Origin: Candidatus Bathyarchaeia archaeon
GTDB lineage: Archaea > Thermoproteota > Bathyarchaeia > Bathyarchaeales > Bathycorpusculaceae
Reading direction: 5' to 3'
Assembly (NCBI GenBank): GCA_038882955.1
Contig: JAVZNC010000006.1
Location: 16,442-80,441 of the forward strand
DNA length: 64,000 nt
The notes under the pieces are model-generated. The model did no database searches. It was given only the letters and a program-made list of their open reading frames with translations, and was not told the origin of the DNA. Shown in pieces: positions 38,683 to 47,888 of the stretch (position 1 is the stretch's first letter; the number at the start of each line of letters is the position of its first letter). Position numbers and translations under genes: made by a program.

Positions 38683-39876
38683 TTGACCAAAAACAGCAGC
38701 ACAAAGATCTCTGGAATATTCGCCCCATTTAAATTCTTAAACAGGGATTTAAGGCTAATTTTCGCATGCAACCTGGTTGGCTCTTTTGGAGATGGCCTTT
38801 ACGCGTACACATTGCCAAAGTATTTAACGGGGAGGCTTGGTGCAAATTCCGTTGAGCTTGGGATACTTTACGCCATAATGAGCCTTGTCGCAGCGATAAC
38901 ACTTTTCGCGGCTGGAATGCTGGCTGACAGATATGACCGAAAAAAGATTATGGTTGCAGGTTGGATTGCGTGGATTCCAGCGCCAATAATTTTTTCCATA
39001 GCCACAAACTGGGTTCACGCTTTGCCAGGGATGCTTCTGTGGGGCTTCTGGCTTGGAGGTCCAACAACCACAGCTTATGTTGTAACATCCGCAGACAAGA
39101 GTAGGCTATCTTCAAGTTTTATGGTGCTTTCAGCAGCATGGTCCATTGGATACATTTTTTCTCCAGGTATTGGCGGGTATCTATCCGAAGTTGTCAGTTA
39201 TGAAATTGTCTTCTATTCAGCTGCAATTCTCTACGCTTTGGCAGCTTTAATTCTAGCCTTCACAAGCAGCCAGAAGGCACAACGGTACAAGGTGGAAAAT
39301 TCTCGTGAAGATGTCCTACCCCTACGCAGGCTCATTCGATTTAGAAGGCTCCTTGTTTTTTCAGCTTTTTTCGCTTCAGTAATGTTCACCTTAATGCTCT
39401 TTAGACCCTTCGTCCCAAGCTTCCTTTCAGACATCTACAACTATCAAGAGTTTGAAATAGGCGTTTTTGGTTCAATTTCCTTTTTCGGCTCAGCCGTTCT
39501 GGGCATACTTTTGGGCAAGGTTGGCGATAGATGGAAGAAAGCCTACGCGCTTGCCATTTCACTGGTTCTTTGCAGCGTTTCGCTTGTTCTGCTTTTGCTG
39601 TTTGGCAACTTCCACATATTAACACTTGTTTTCTTCTTAACCGGCGGCTCCTACATGACATGGTCATTGATGAGCGCAATCATTGGACCATCAGCTCCTG
39701 AATCAAGCAGAGCCAGATGGGTGGCAATCCCGCAAACAGTAAGCATGTTTGTCTCTGTTTTGGCGCCGTACATTGGCGGTTTTCTGTACTCAATTTCGCC
39801 ATATCATCCATTCATCATAGCCATAACAGCCTCGCTTTTACTAGCCGCATTAGCATTATGGCTGTTGAAAGAATAG
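38683..39876 (+). CDS. MFS transporter
   Basis: About 12 TM segments; GMLADRYDRKK and GKVGDRWKK motif A. Confidence 0.9.
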   Translation: MTKNSSTKISGIFAPFKFLNRDLRLIFACNLVGSFGDGLYAYTLPKYLTGRLGANSVELGILYAIMSLVAAITLFAAGMLADRYDRKKIMVAGWIAWIPAPIIFSIATNWVHALPGMLLWGFWLGGPTTTAYVVTSADKSRLSSSFMVLSAAWSIGYIFSPGIGGYLSEVVSYEIVFYSAAILYALAALILAFTSSQKAQRYKVENSREDVLPLRRLIRFRRLLVFSAFFASVMFTLMLFRPFVPSFLSDIYNYQEFEIGVFGSISFFGSAVLGILLGKVGDRWKKAYALAISLVLCSVSLVLLLLFGNFHILTLVFFLTGGSYMTWSLMSAIIGPSAPESSRARWVAIPQTVSMFVSVLAPYIGGFLYSISPYHPFIIAITASLLLAALALWLLKE

Positions 39877-39958
39877 CAGTTTTGGGTGCTTACTGTCTTT
39901 CTGCAGAACTTTTATTTTTGGGATTATCTTCTCTCTTCACGAATGTGAGGTGAATTAG

Positions 39959-41110
39959 TTGGGCGATGAATTTGCAAGGCATTATGTTCGGTCTTCCACA
40001 TCTTTTATCATGGCGGTTTTTCTGCTTGGGCTTATCGTTGGAAGCGTGGCAACCTATTACCTCGTTTCCACGCAGATTAACAGTTTGAAAAACGATGTTG
40101 CAAATCTTCGAAGCCAAATTTCAGCGATACTTGGAAACCAGACAGTCATTTACGAGTACATTAATATAACGCAGGATGGCGTAGACCTTTCAGAACTATA
40201 CGCGAGAGTGAAAGATTCCGTCGTTATGATTCGCGGAACATTCGCAAACGGCACAACCGTCCAAGGTTCAGGTTTTGTTTATAACTTCTCTGGTTTAATG
40301 GTTGTCATAACGAATTACCATGTTGTGCATGACACAGTGAGTAGAAGCGTAACCTTTTCTAGTGGAAATGGATACGCCGCAATAATAAATGGAACAGACC
40401 CCTACGCGGATTTAGCAGTGCTAATATTGCCCGATGCTCCAGAAAGCGAATTCAAACCGCTGGAAATCGTAAGTTCATCAACATTAAAGGTTGGCGAATC
40501 AGTCATAGCAATAGGCAACCCATACGGCCTCGTAGGTTCGATGACGACTGGCGTTGTAAGCGCCCTAAACAGGACAATACAGGAAACTTACACTGGAGGG
40601 TTCAGCATAGCGGGCATAATACAGACAAGCGCACCCATAAACCCTGGAAACTCTGGTGGTCCGCTTCTGAACTTTAACGGCAAGGTCGTTGGAATAACAA
40701 CAGCCATAATTCAGGACTCGCAGGGTCTAGGCTTCGCCATACCCTCCAACACCATACTTAGGGAAATAGCCTCCCTGGTATGGAACGGCTCATATGAGGG
40801 GCACTCCTACTTGGGCTTGCAGTTGAGGGATATGAGTTATGAACTGGCACAGCAAATAGGCGCAAGCGTCACATACGGTGTCCGAGTAGAAGGTTTCTTG
40901 GACCCAAGTCCAGCGAGGGATGCTGACATCCAGATGGGCGATATAATAATCGCCCTAAACGGCACGCGAATTATAAGCGTGGACGATTTGGCATCCTACC
41001 TTGAGGAAAACACCTTGCCTGGAGAAACACTGTCGGTAACAGTTGTCAGGGGAAGCGAACAGAAGAATTTGCCGGTGGTTTTGGGAAGAAGAGCGCCACC
41101 ACAGCCATAA
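39959..41110 (+). CDS. HtrA/DegP-like membrane-anchored serine protease with PDZ domain
   Basis: N-terminal TM, GSGF, TNYHVV, DLAVL, INPGNSGGPL, C-terminal PDZ. Confidence 0.93.
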   Translation: MGDEFARHYVRSSTSFIMAVFLLGLIVGSVATYYLVSTQINSLKNDVANLRSQISAILGNQTVIYEYINITQDGVDLSELYARVKDSVVMIRGTFANGTTVQGSGFVYNFSGLMVVITNYHVVHDTVSRSVTFSSGNGYAAIINGTDPYADLAVLILPDAPESEFKPLEIVSSSTLKVGESVIAIGNPYGLVGSMTTGVVSALNRTIQETYTGGFSIAGIIQTSAPINPGNSGGPLLNFNGKVVGITTAIIQDSQGLGFAIPSNTILREIASLVWNGSYEGHSYLGLQLRDMSYELAQQIGASVTYGVRVEGFLDPSPARDADIQMGDIIIALNGTRIISVDDLASYLEENTLPGETLSVTVVRGSEQKNLPVVLGRRAPPQP

Positions 41111-41198
41111 TAGTGTTGTATGTTGCTAATGAGCAGCTACAATTCAAGTAACTGCAAATATTAGCATACCATCCATTGTCAATTTTCTAACATTGTGA

Positions 41199-41273
41199 TG
41201 GGGCTGCCCGGATTTGAACCGGGGTCTAGAGCGCCCGAGGCTCCAAGCCTAGACCAAGCTAGCCGACAGCCCC
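41199..41273 (-). tRNA. tRNA-Pro(CGG), no intron
   Basis: GGGGCTG acceptor, GGAGC-CT-CGG-GC-GCTCT anticodon arm, CCCGG-TTCAAAT-CCGGG T arm, A73; CCA not encoded. Confidence 0.93.
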
Positions 41274-41348
41274 TCTTTTTGGAAAGCATTTTAAATAGAG
41301 GGAGTCTTAACCTTTAAACCCTTACTCTGCAACTTTGCGTTTGAGGGG

Positions 41349-43562
41349 TTGATTGGAGTGTCTGTTGGTCAGCGTGTGCGTGGAGTTAAGGTGCTCAAGG
41401 CTGTTTCTTCGCCTGTCCGACTGCAGATTTTAAACTTACTTTTTGATAAGGGTTCGCTTTCTTATACTGAGCTTATGAGCGCGCTTAAGATGAGCCCAAG
41501 CAGAGACGCGGGCAGATTTGCTTATCACTTGAAGTTTTTGCTTAAGGCGGATTTGGTTGAGGCTGATGTTGAATCAAAGAAATATTGCCTAACAGATTTG
41601 GGGAAAATGGTTCTTGACGTCGCGGAAAGAATTGAGAAGAGGGCAATAAAACCAAGAGGATTAGTTGTCCGCACTTCACGTTTAGCCCTAGAAGAGTTTG
41701 ACGCAAACAAAATTGCAAACTCGCTTGTGAAGGAGGCGAAGATGCCAGACGACTTAGCTCAAAAGATTGCAAAAGAAGCTGAAAAACGTTTGCTAAAGTC
41801 AAAAACGAAGTATCTAACGGCGCCGTTGGTTAGGGAATTTGTCAACGCAATCCTAATAGAAAAGGGTCTAGAAGAGTATCGCCATAGGCTTACACGGTTG
41901 GGATTGCCAGTCTACGACGTAACAAACCTAATAGAGTCAAAAAGCAAGGGTTCACAGAAAACGGCTTCAATACATGAAAGTGCAGGCGCGGTGGTTTTTG
42001 AGGAGTATATGCTTTTACATGTTTTTCCAAGGGACATTGCAGATGCGCACTTGTCTGGGGCGCTGCACATTAAAAGTTTAAGCTCATGGACTTTAAAGCC
42101 AAGCGAAGTCATGCATGATTTAAGATTCTTCTTTCAAAACGGCGTAAACCTTGAAAAAATAGACGCGCATAGATTTTCTTATTCACCACCAAAAAATCTG
42201 AATGAAGCCTTATCCCTAACGCTTAACGTAATTCAAAATTCAGCCAAGGAAACAGCCGAAAGCCAAACAATCGATTACTTCAACGTTTTCCTAGCACCAT
42301 TTGCGACGGGCATGAACCCGCAAGATGTTAAGGAAGCGCTTAGACTTTTCGTTTTAAATGCAAGTCAGGTGGAAAATTTTTCTTTAGGCTTGGAACTTAC
42401 GATTCCAGAATTTGTGAAGGAGAAGCCAGCGGTTAGCCCAAATGGAAAACAAGCGGGTAAGTATGGCGACTTTGCAGTAGAAAGTCAACTTTTGGCTTCG
42501 CTTTTAATGGAAGTATTCGCCGAAGAGAGCGCCCAAAAACCACTGCTTAACCCAAAATTGATAGTGAAGCTGCGTTCAGAAACATTTGCAAACGAGAAAG
42601 CACGCGAATTGCTATTTAAGGCTCACAAGCTCGCATTGGAGCGCAGCCTACCCTACTTCGCAAACAACTTCGCAAAAAACCTAGAAGCCTCCGTGTTCTC
42701 GCATTCTGGTTTTAGATTGAACGTGGACATGAAGGGCGACTGGGAAATTGACACGTTGCGCACTGGATGCCTAGGATATGTCAACGTGAACATGCCGCGC
42801 ATAGTAAACGAGTCTGAAGGAGACAAGCGAAAATTCTTGGAAATTCTTAAAGAAAGGCTTGAGATGGCAGCAAGAGCTCTTGAAATTAAGGATAAGGCTT
42901 TAAGACAGAGGTGCAGCGGCTTGCTGCCTTTCCTAATGCAGAACATTGATGGAGACCATTATTTTAGGCTGGAAGGATGCTCGCGCATAATAAACATGGT
43001 TGGACTGAAAGAGGCAGCGGAAGCATTCTGTAAAAGCCCGTTCACAGACGAAAAGACTTTAGGATTCGCCGCAGAAGTTTTACAAGCTGCAGCAGATTAC
43101 ATGGCTAAAATTGGAAGACGCAAAAGACGCCTTTTTACTGCGCTGCTTCCAGATTTTGAGGCTTCAGAGCGCCTCGTGCAGTTGGACATTGAAAGATATG
43201 GCATCGCGAGGGTGCGATTTTCTGGAGCTAGGGAAAATCCATTCTATTCCACAGTAAGTCGAATGAGCCTTGATGGCGAAAAGTTCGTTGAAGCGTCTAT
43301 GAGGTTCAAAAGTGTTTCTGGCAAACTTAATGGTGGAAACATAATCGTAATAGAAATTGAAGATTTCAAGGGAGGCGCCGAAGAGTTAATGGCATTAACC
43401 AGAGATATAGTAGAAAAGAAAATCCATGAATTCTTTACGTACAACCGCAAACTAACCTATTGTGCGCGCTGTAAGAAAAGCTGGTATGGAATTAGGCACA
43501 AATGCCCATCATGTGAAACCACAGGCACATTAACGGTCTTTGACAGATTCGTACAAGTCTAG
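41349..43562 (+). CDS. ArsR-type winged-HTH + ATP-cone + degenerate class III ribonucleotide reductase (NrdD-like) fusion, probably catalytically inactive
   Basis: N-terminal SPVRLQIL...FAYHLKFL...YCLTDLG; ATP-cone VRTS...FDANKI...LTAPLVRE; NrdD-like IADAHLSGALHI, HDLRFF, LRTG.L..VNVNMPRI; Zn ribbon CARC/CPSC; no R.xGY motif. Confidence 0.85.
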   Translation: MIGVSVGQRVRGVKVLKAVSSPVRLQILNLLFDKGSLSYTELMSALKMSPSRDAGRFAYHLKFLLKADLVEADVESKKYCLTDLGKMVLDVAERIEKRAIKPRGLVVRTSRLALEEFDANKIANSLVKEAKMPDDLAQKIAKEAEKRLLKSKTKYLTAPLVREFVNAILIEKGLEEYRHRLTRLGLPVYDVTNLIESKSKGSQKTASIHESAGAVVFEEYMLLHVFPRDIADAHLSGALHIKSLSSWTLKPSEVMHDLRFFFQNGVNLEKIDAHRFSYSPPKNLNEALSLTLNVIQNSAKETAESQTIDYFNVFLAPFATGMNPQDVKEALRLFVLNASQVENFSLGLELTIPEFVKEKPAVSPNGKQAGKYGDFAVESQLLASLLMEVFAEESAQKPLLNPKLIVKLRSETFANEKARELLFKAHKLALERSLPYFANNFAKNLEASVFSHSGFRLNVDMKGDWEIDTLRTGCLGYVNVNMPRIVNESEGDKRKFLEILKERLEMAARALEIKDKALRQRCSGLLPFLMQNIDGDHYFRLEGCSRIINMVGLKEAAEAFCKSPFTDEKTLGFAAEVLQAAADYMAKIGRRKRRLFTALLPDFEASERLVQLDIERYGIARVRFSGARENPFYSTVSRMSLDGEKFVEASMRFKSVSGKLNGGNIIVIEIEDFKGGAEELMALTRDIVEKKIHEFFTYNRKLTYCARCKKSWYGIRHKCPSCETTGTLTVFDRFVQV

Positions 43563-43565
43563 AGA

Positions 43566-44516
<951 letters not shown>

Positions 44517-44531
44517 CTAAATAACCTTTTT

Positions 44532-44546
44532 ATTTTGATGCAAAAT
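44532..44546. promoter_or_regulatory. Inverted repeat ATTTTG-N3-CAAAAT in the divergent pyrB/pyrI spacer
   Basis: Perfect 6-bp arms read directly; function inferred only. Confidence 0.35.
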
Positions 44547-44615
44547 GGCGTTTACATTAAATTAAAATCTTTTATCCTTGTTCTGATATAGCGTTTCCCG
44601 AGAAGAGGAATCTGC

Positions 44616-45080
44616 ATGAGTGAAACTGTGTTGCATGTTTCAAAAATTAAGGATGGAACAGTCATAGACCATATTACTGGCGGACATGCGTTGGATGTTG
44701 TCAAGATTTTGGGTATAACTGGGCGTGAAAAGCGTGTAATAACCATAGCGATTAATGTTCCTAGTAAGCGTTTCAAGGTTAAGGACATTGTGAAGGTTGA
44801 GGGCAGAGCGTTAAATCCGCAGGAAGTGCATAAGATTGCTTTGGTTGCTCCGCACGCGACGATAAACATAATACGTGATTATAATGTTGTTGAGAAGCAG
44901 CGTGTTCAGCTTCCAAAAGTAATCGAAAACATTATTAAATGTGCGAACCCCGCGTGTATAAGCAACAGCAACGAGCCTGTTCAAGCGAAGTTTTATGTTG
45001 AGAGTGAGGAGCCTTTGCTTTTGAAGTGTCATTATTGTGGTTATATTATGGAGAAGAAGGATGTTTTGGCGCAGTTTTAG
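44616..45080 (+). CDS. pyrI: Aspartate carbamoyltransferase regulatory subunit
   Basis: IKDGTVIDHI, KDIVKVEG, CANPACISN, CHYCG. Confidence 0.97.
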   Translation: MSETVLHVSKIKDGTVIDHITGGHALDVVKILGITGREKRVITIAINVPSKRFKVKDIVKVEGRALNPQEVHKIALVAPHATINIIRDYNVVEKQRVQLPKVIENIIKCANPACISNSNEPVQAKFYVESEEPLLLKCHYCGYIMEKKDVLAQF

Positions 45081-45214
45081 GCTTTTAGGCGTTGTTGACT
45101 ATTCGGTTTTTTAGATAATGCTTATATCGTAAGAAAGAATATTCCAAGAATAGATATGTCCCACCGTGGACATAATGTACACGTGTAGAACACAAATACG
45201 CAAGGCGAAAACAC

Positions 45215-45541
45215 ATGTGGGAAATAATCACGTCCACAATATGGGCATGCTTCGCAGCCTACGCAACATGGTACTTTACATACGCAAAACACTTCGCCCC
45301 AATAACCTACAATGAAGCAAGAATCCTATGGAAAATCCACAAACAAAACACAAACTGTAATGGACGAAGGTGGAGAGAAATCAAACGCAAAGAAGCAATA
45401 GTAGGCTTTGAATGCGAATGCGGATACAAACACATACAAAGACGCCCAATAGTAAGCGAACTACCAAACACTAAAACCACGCTGGGAGACACAAGAAACA
45501 TGGCAATCAAAAAACTCCACACAACATACGAATCAACATAA
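45215..45541 (+). CDS. Hypothetical membrane-anchored protein with zinc-ribbon-like motif
   Basis: N-terminal hydrophobic helix, H....C and CECG. Confidence 0.7.
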   Translation: MWEIITSTIWACFAAYATWYFTYAKHFAPITYNEARILWKIHKQNTNCNGRRWREIKRKEAIVGFECECGYKHIQRRPIVSELPNTKTTLGDTRNMAIKKLHTTYEST

Positions 45542-45619
45542 AATCCTAAACAAAAACAAGATGAAGCACCATCCCCTACTTATATCAAATAAAGAACTAT
45601 AATTAAAAAGGGGAGAGAG

Positions 45620-46440
45620 TCAAGCAGCTTTCGGCTGCTTGTTCTTTGTCTTATAGATCTTGGCTAGCATTAGCGTCGCGACATGAACAATGGCAGAATT
45701 GTCATGTTGCAAATTCTGGTATAGCCTCGGTGGCGATAATTTCTATTATGTGTGCGCTATGTGTGTAGTTAACGAGGAGTGTGTTGTGGGTTCCGTTGTA
45801 AAACCGCGTGTAATTCACGTCTTCTACTACGACAGAACCGTCGGTGCAGAGTGAAAAGATGTCCCATAACAGTGTTTCAGGTATTGTAATGTTACATGCG
45901 CCATATGTTCTAATGGGACCGGAAATGTTTAGGCTTATTTTCTTGCTTTTTCGCTAAAAAGAACGTCTGTCACAGTTGAATTGCTTAGTGTACTGACACG
46001 GTGATAAGTTCCACATGCATTAATGTAGAAGTTTGCTGGTATATACGCTTCCAGTATCTCAGTTGCATAGAAGCCGAAAGGTATGTTGTTCCTGCCATGG
46101 CTTGTTTAGTCTGTGTGAACAAGTATTCTTCGAATTTTTGGTCATCACCAGTTTGAGGAGTGTCTGGAAAGTCATGTAGAATATTCTATTTTGTGGTCAG
46201 GGCCCCAGCTTTCAAGCAATGGGTACTCCCAATTTTTTACGTATCCGAGCACATTGTGGCGTTGACCATTTGGTGAAGTATACGTGCCAATTAGGTTTGG
46301 AGCTGCTTCTACATAATTGTCTATTGATGCTTTGAGAGTGAGTGTGCCCTCCCAACAGTCATGAACCATTTATACGTGCCTACCAAAATCTTGTTTCTGT
46401 ATGCTGGGCACTCCTTTGATTCTGAGTGAGGGTCTCCGAA
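45620..46440 (-). pseudogene. Decayed cell-surface protein gene with a PEF-type C-terminal sorting signal
   Basis: Fragments across frames: SNSTVTDVLF / KISLNISGPIRTYGACNITIPETLL...NYTHSAHIIEIIATEAIPEF / broken TM / KIYKTKNKQPKAA*; several frameshifts. Confidence 0.6.
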
Positions 46441-46540
46441 AAGGTGAAACTTCGGTTGTTATGGTTTAAAGAACGCTGTCACAAAAATTTATTTTACTTG
46501 ACTGCTATTCATATATTAGGAGGATACGAAGGGTTCAACT

Positions 46541-47227
46541 GTGATTATTGAGGTGCTTATTGCAAGCGAGTTCGTTTCAACTGTGCTGACTTTAATTCTT
46601 GTCTATTTTTTCTTCAGGGTTTATAGGTTTACGCGCCATCTTTATTTGCTTGGGCTTATAGTTGGCTTCTTACTTTTAGCATCTTCTTATATCCTCCTTG
46701 GGGTTTTCCTCTTTTATAAAACCGATGTGGCGATTTCTGAAACGGTTCTCTGGGCACGATTAATTGTTCAAGGCTATGGATATGCCTTTATCGCTTTTGC
46801 CTATTATTTTTCCGGAAAAAGCGAGAAAGCAACAATGTTTTATTTTGTGCTAATTTCTATATTCTGTCTCCTTTCTATCAGTTTGTTCTTTGCAATTTTA
46901 ATTGTTGTTCCGCCTTTTTTGGAACTTCCGTCAGTAATGGTTGCTGACGAATGCTTTAGGGTAGCAAATCTCATCTTTCTGGGATATGTTATTTATTATG
47001 TTGTTAAACATTTTGAATCTTCTCTTAAGGTAATTTCTGGCTTGAGGTGGACCGTTTTAGCGTTTTCCCTGCTTTGGTTGGCTCAATATTCTATGCTGAT
47101 TTGGGGGGTTGATGGCAGTCAAACGGCGTTCGCCTTAGCACATTTGGCTAGATTGGTTTCTCTGACTCTTTTTATTTTTATTTATCGCTCTTCTAGGAGA
47201 GTTAAAAATGAAAGTGGAGAAGCGTAG
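46541..47227 (+). CDS. Hypothetical membrane protein with about 7 TM helices
   Basis: About seven hydrophobic segments, no soluble domain; overlaps next gene. Confidence 0.75.
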   Translation: MIIEVLIASEFVSTVLTLILVYFFFRVYRFTRHLYLLGLIVGFLLLASSYILLGVFLFYKTDVAISETVLWARLIVQGYGYAFIAFAYYFSGKSEKATMFYFVLISIFCLLSISLFFAILIVVPPFLELPSVMVADECFRVANLIFLGYVIYYVVKHFESSLKVISGLRWTVLAFSLLWLAQYSMLIWGVDGSQTAFALAHLARLVSLTLFIFIYRSSRRVKNESGEA

Positions 47228-47486
47228 CAAAGTTCAAATTTACTTTGACATTCTTCAAATCTTATGTGATGAGGCGAAGAACGAAAAGCCGAGTCTTACA
47301 AAGGTTGCGCACTTAGCTAATCTGCCATATGACAGATTCCAAAAATGCTTGCATCAACTTGTTCAACTTGGCATGGTTAGCTGTGCTGAGGGTGGGAAAA
47401 TTTTTGTGACCGAAAAAGGTTTAGAGTATATTGATGAGTGTATGAAATTCAACAATTTTCTTAAGAAAATGGGCCTTTTGCCTTGA
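47208..47486 (+). CDS. Small winged-helix transcriptional regulator
   Basis: KRSKVQIYFDIL, TKVAHLANL.Y, L.QLV.LGM, VTEKGLEY archaeal wHTH pattern. Confidence 0.85.
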   Translation: MKVEKRSKVQIYFDILQILCDEAKNEKPSLTKVAHLANLPYDRFQKCLHQLVQLGMVSCAEGGKIFVTEKGLEYIDECMKFNNFLKKMGLLP

Positions 47487-47760
47487 ATTCAGTTTTCATT
47501 AATACGAGCTAATTCTTCTAATATGGTTTGTTTACTACTTTAGGCTTTTTGTCCGGACGAAGTTCATAATCGGGGAGAAAGGAGAGTTTCCAAGAAATGT
47601 GATTTGCTTCGCCCGGAAAGTTTTGTTGTCTGTACTGAAGTATCTTACTCACTGCACGTTCATTTTCTTATGTTCTTTATTCAAACACTAGTGATATAAT
47701 GCCCATTGCACTTGAGTTTAACTTAAATTTTTTGTGTGCTAGGATAGCTCAACCAAGTGT

Positions 47761-47837
47761 AACATGGGCTGATGCAGCTGAACAAGTCGCCTGCATGGAA
47801 ACTAATCACTCACTGGATGTTCATTAACTTTAATAGC
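47761..47837 (+). promoter_or_regulatory. Upstream promoter module, copy 1 (similar to 51966-52043)
   Basis: AACATGGG.TGA...AAACT.AT...CACT.G.TGT.CATTAA ending in TATA-like TTTAATA. Confidence 0.5.
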
Positions 47838-47888
47838 TAGTTATAAATCAAAATATAATTGCGGCGCTGCGCGGAGAGGGGAGTGGCA

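Noticed and set aside
45621-45641. CAAGCAGC-TTTCG-GCTGCTTG hairpin as a terminator or ncRNA
   Set aside because: Single short hairpin overlapping the end of the decayed gene; archaeal termination generally relies on U-tracts and there is no other support.
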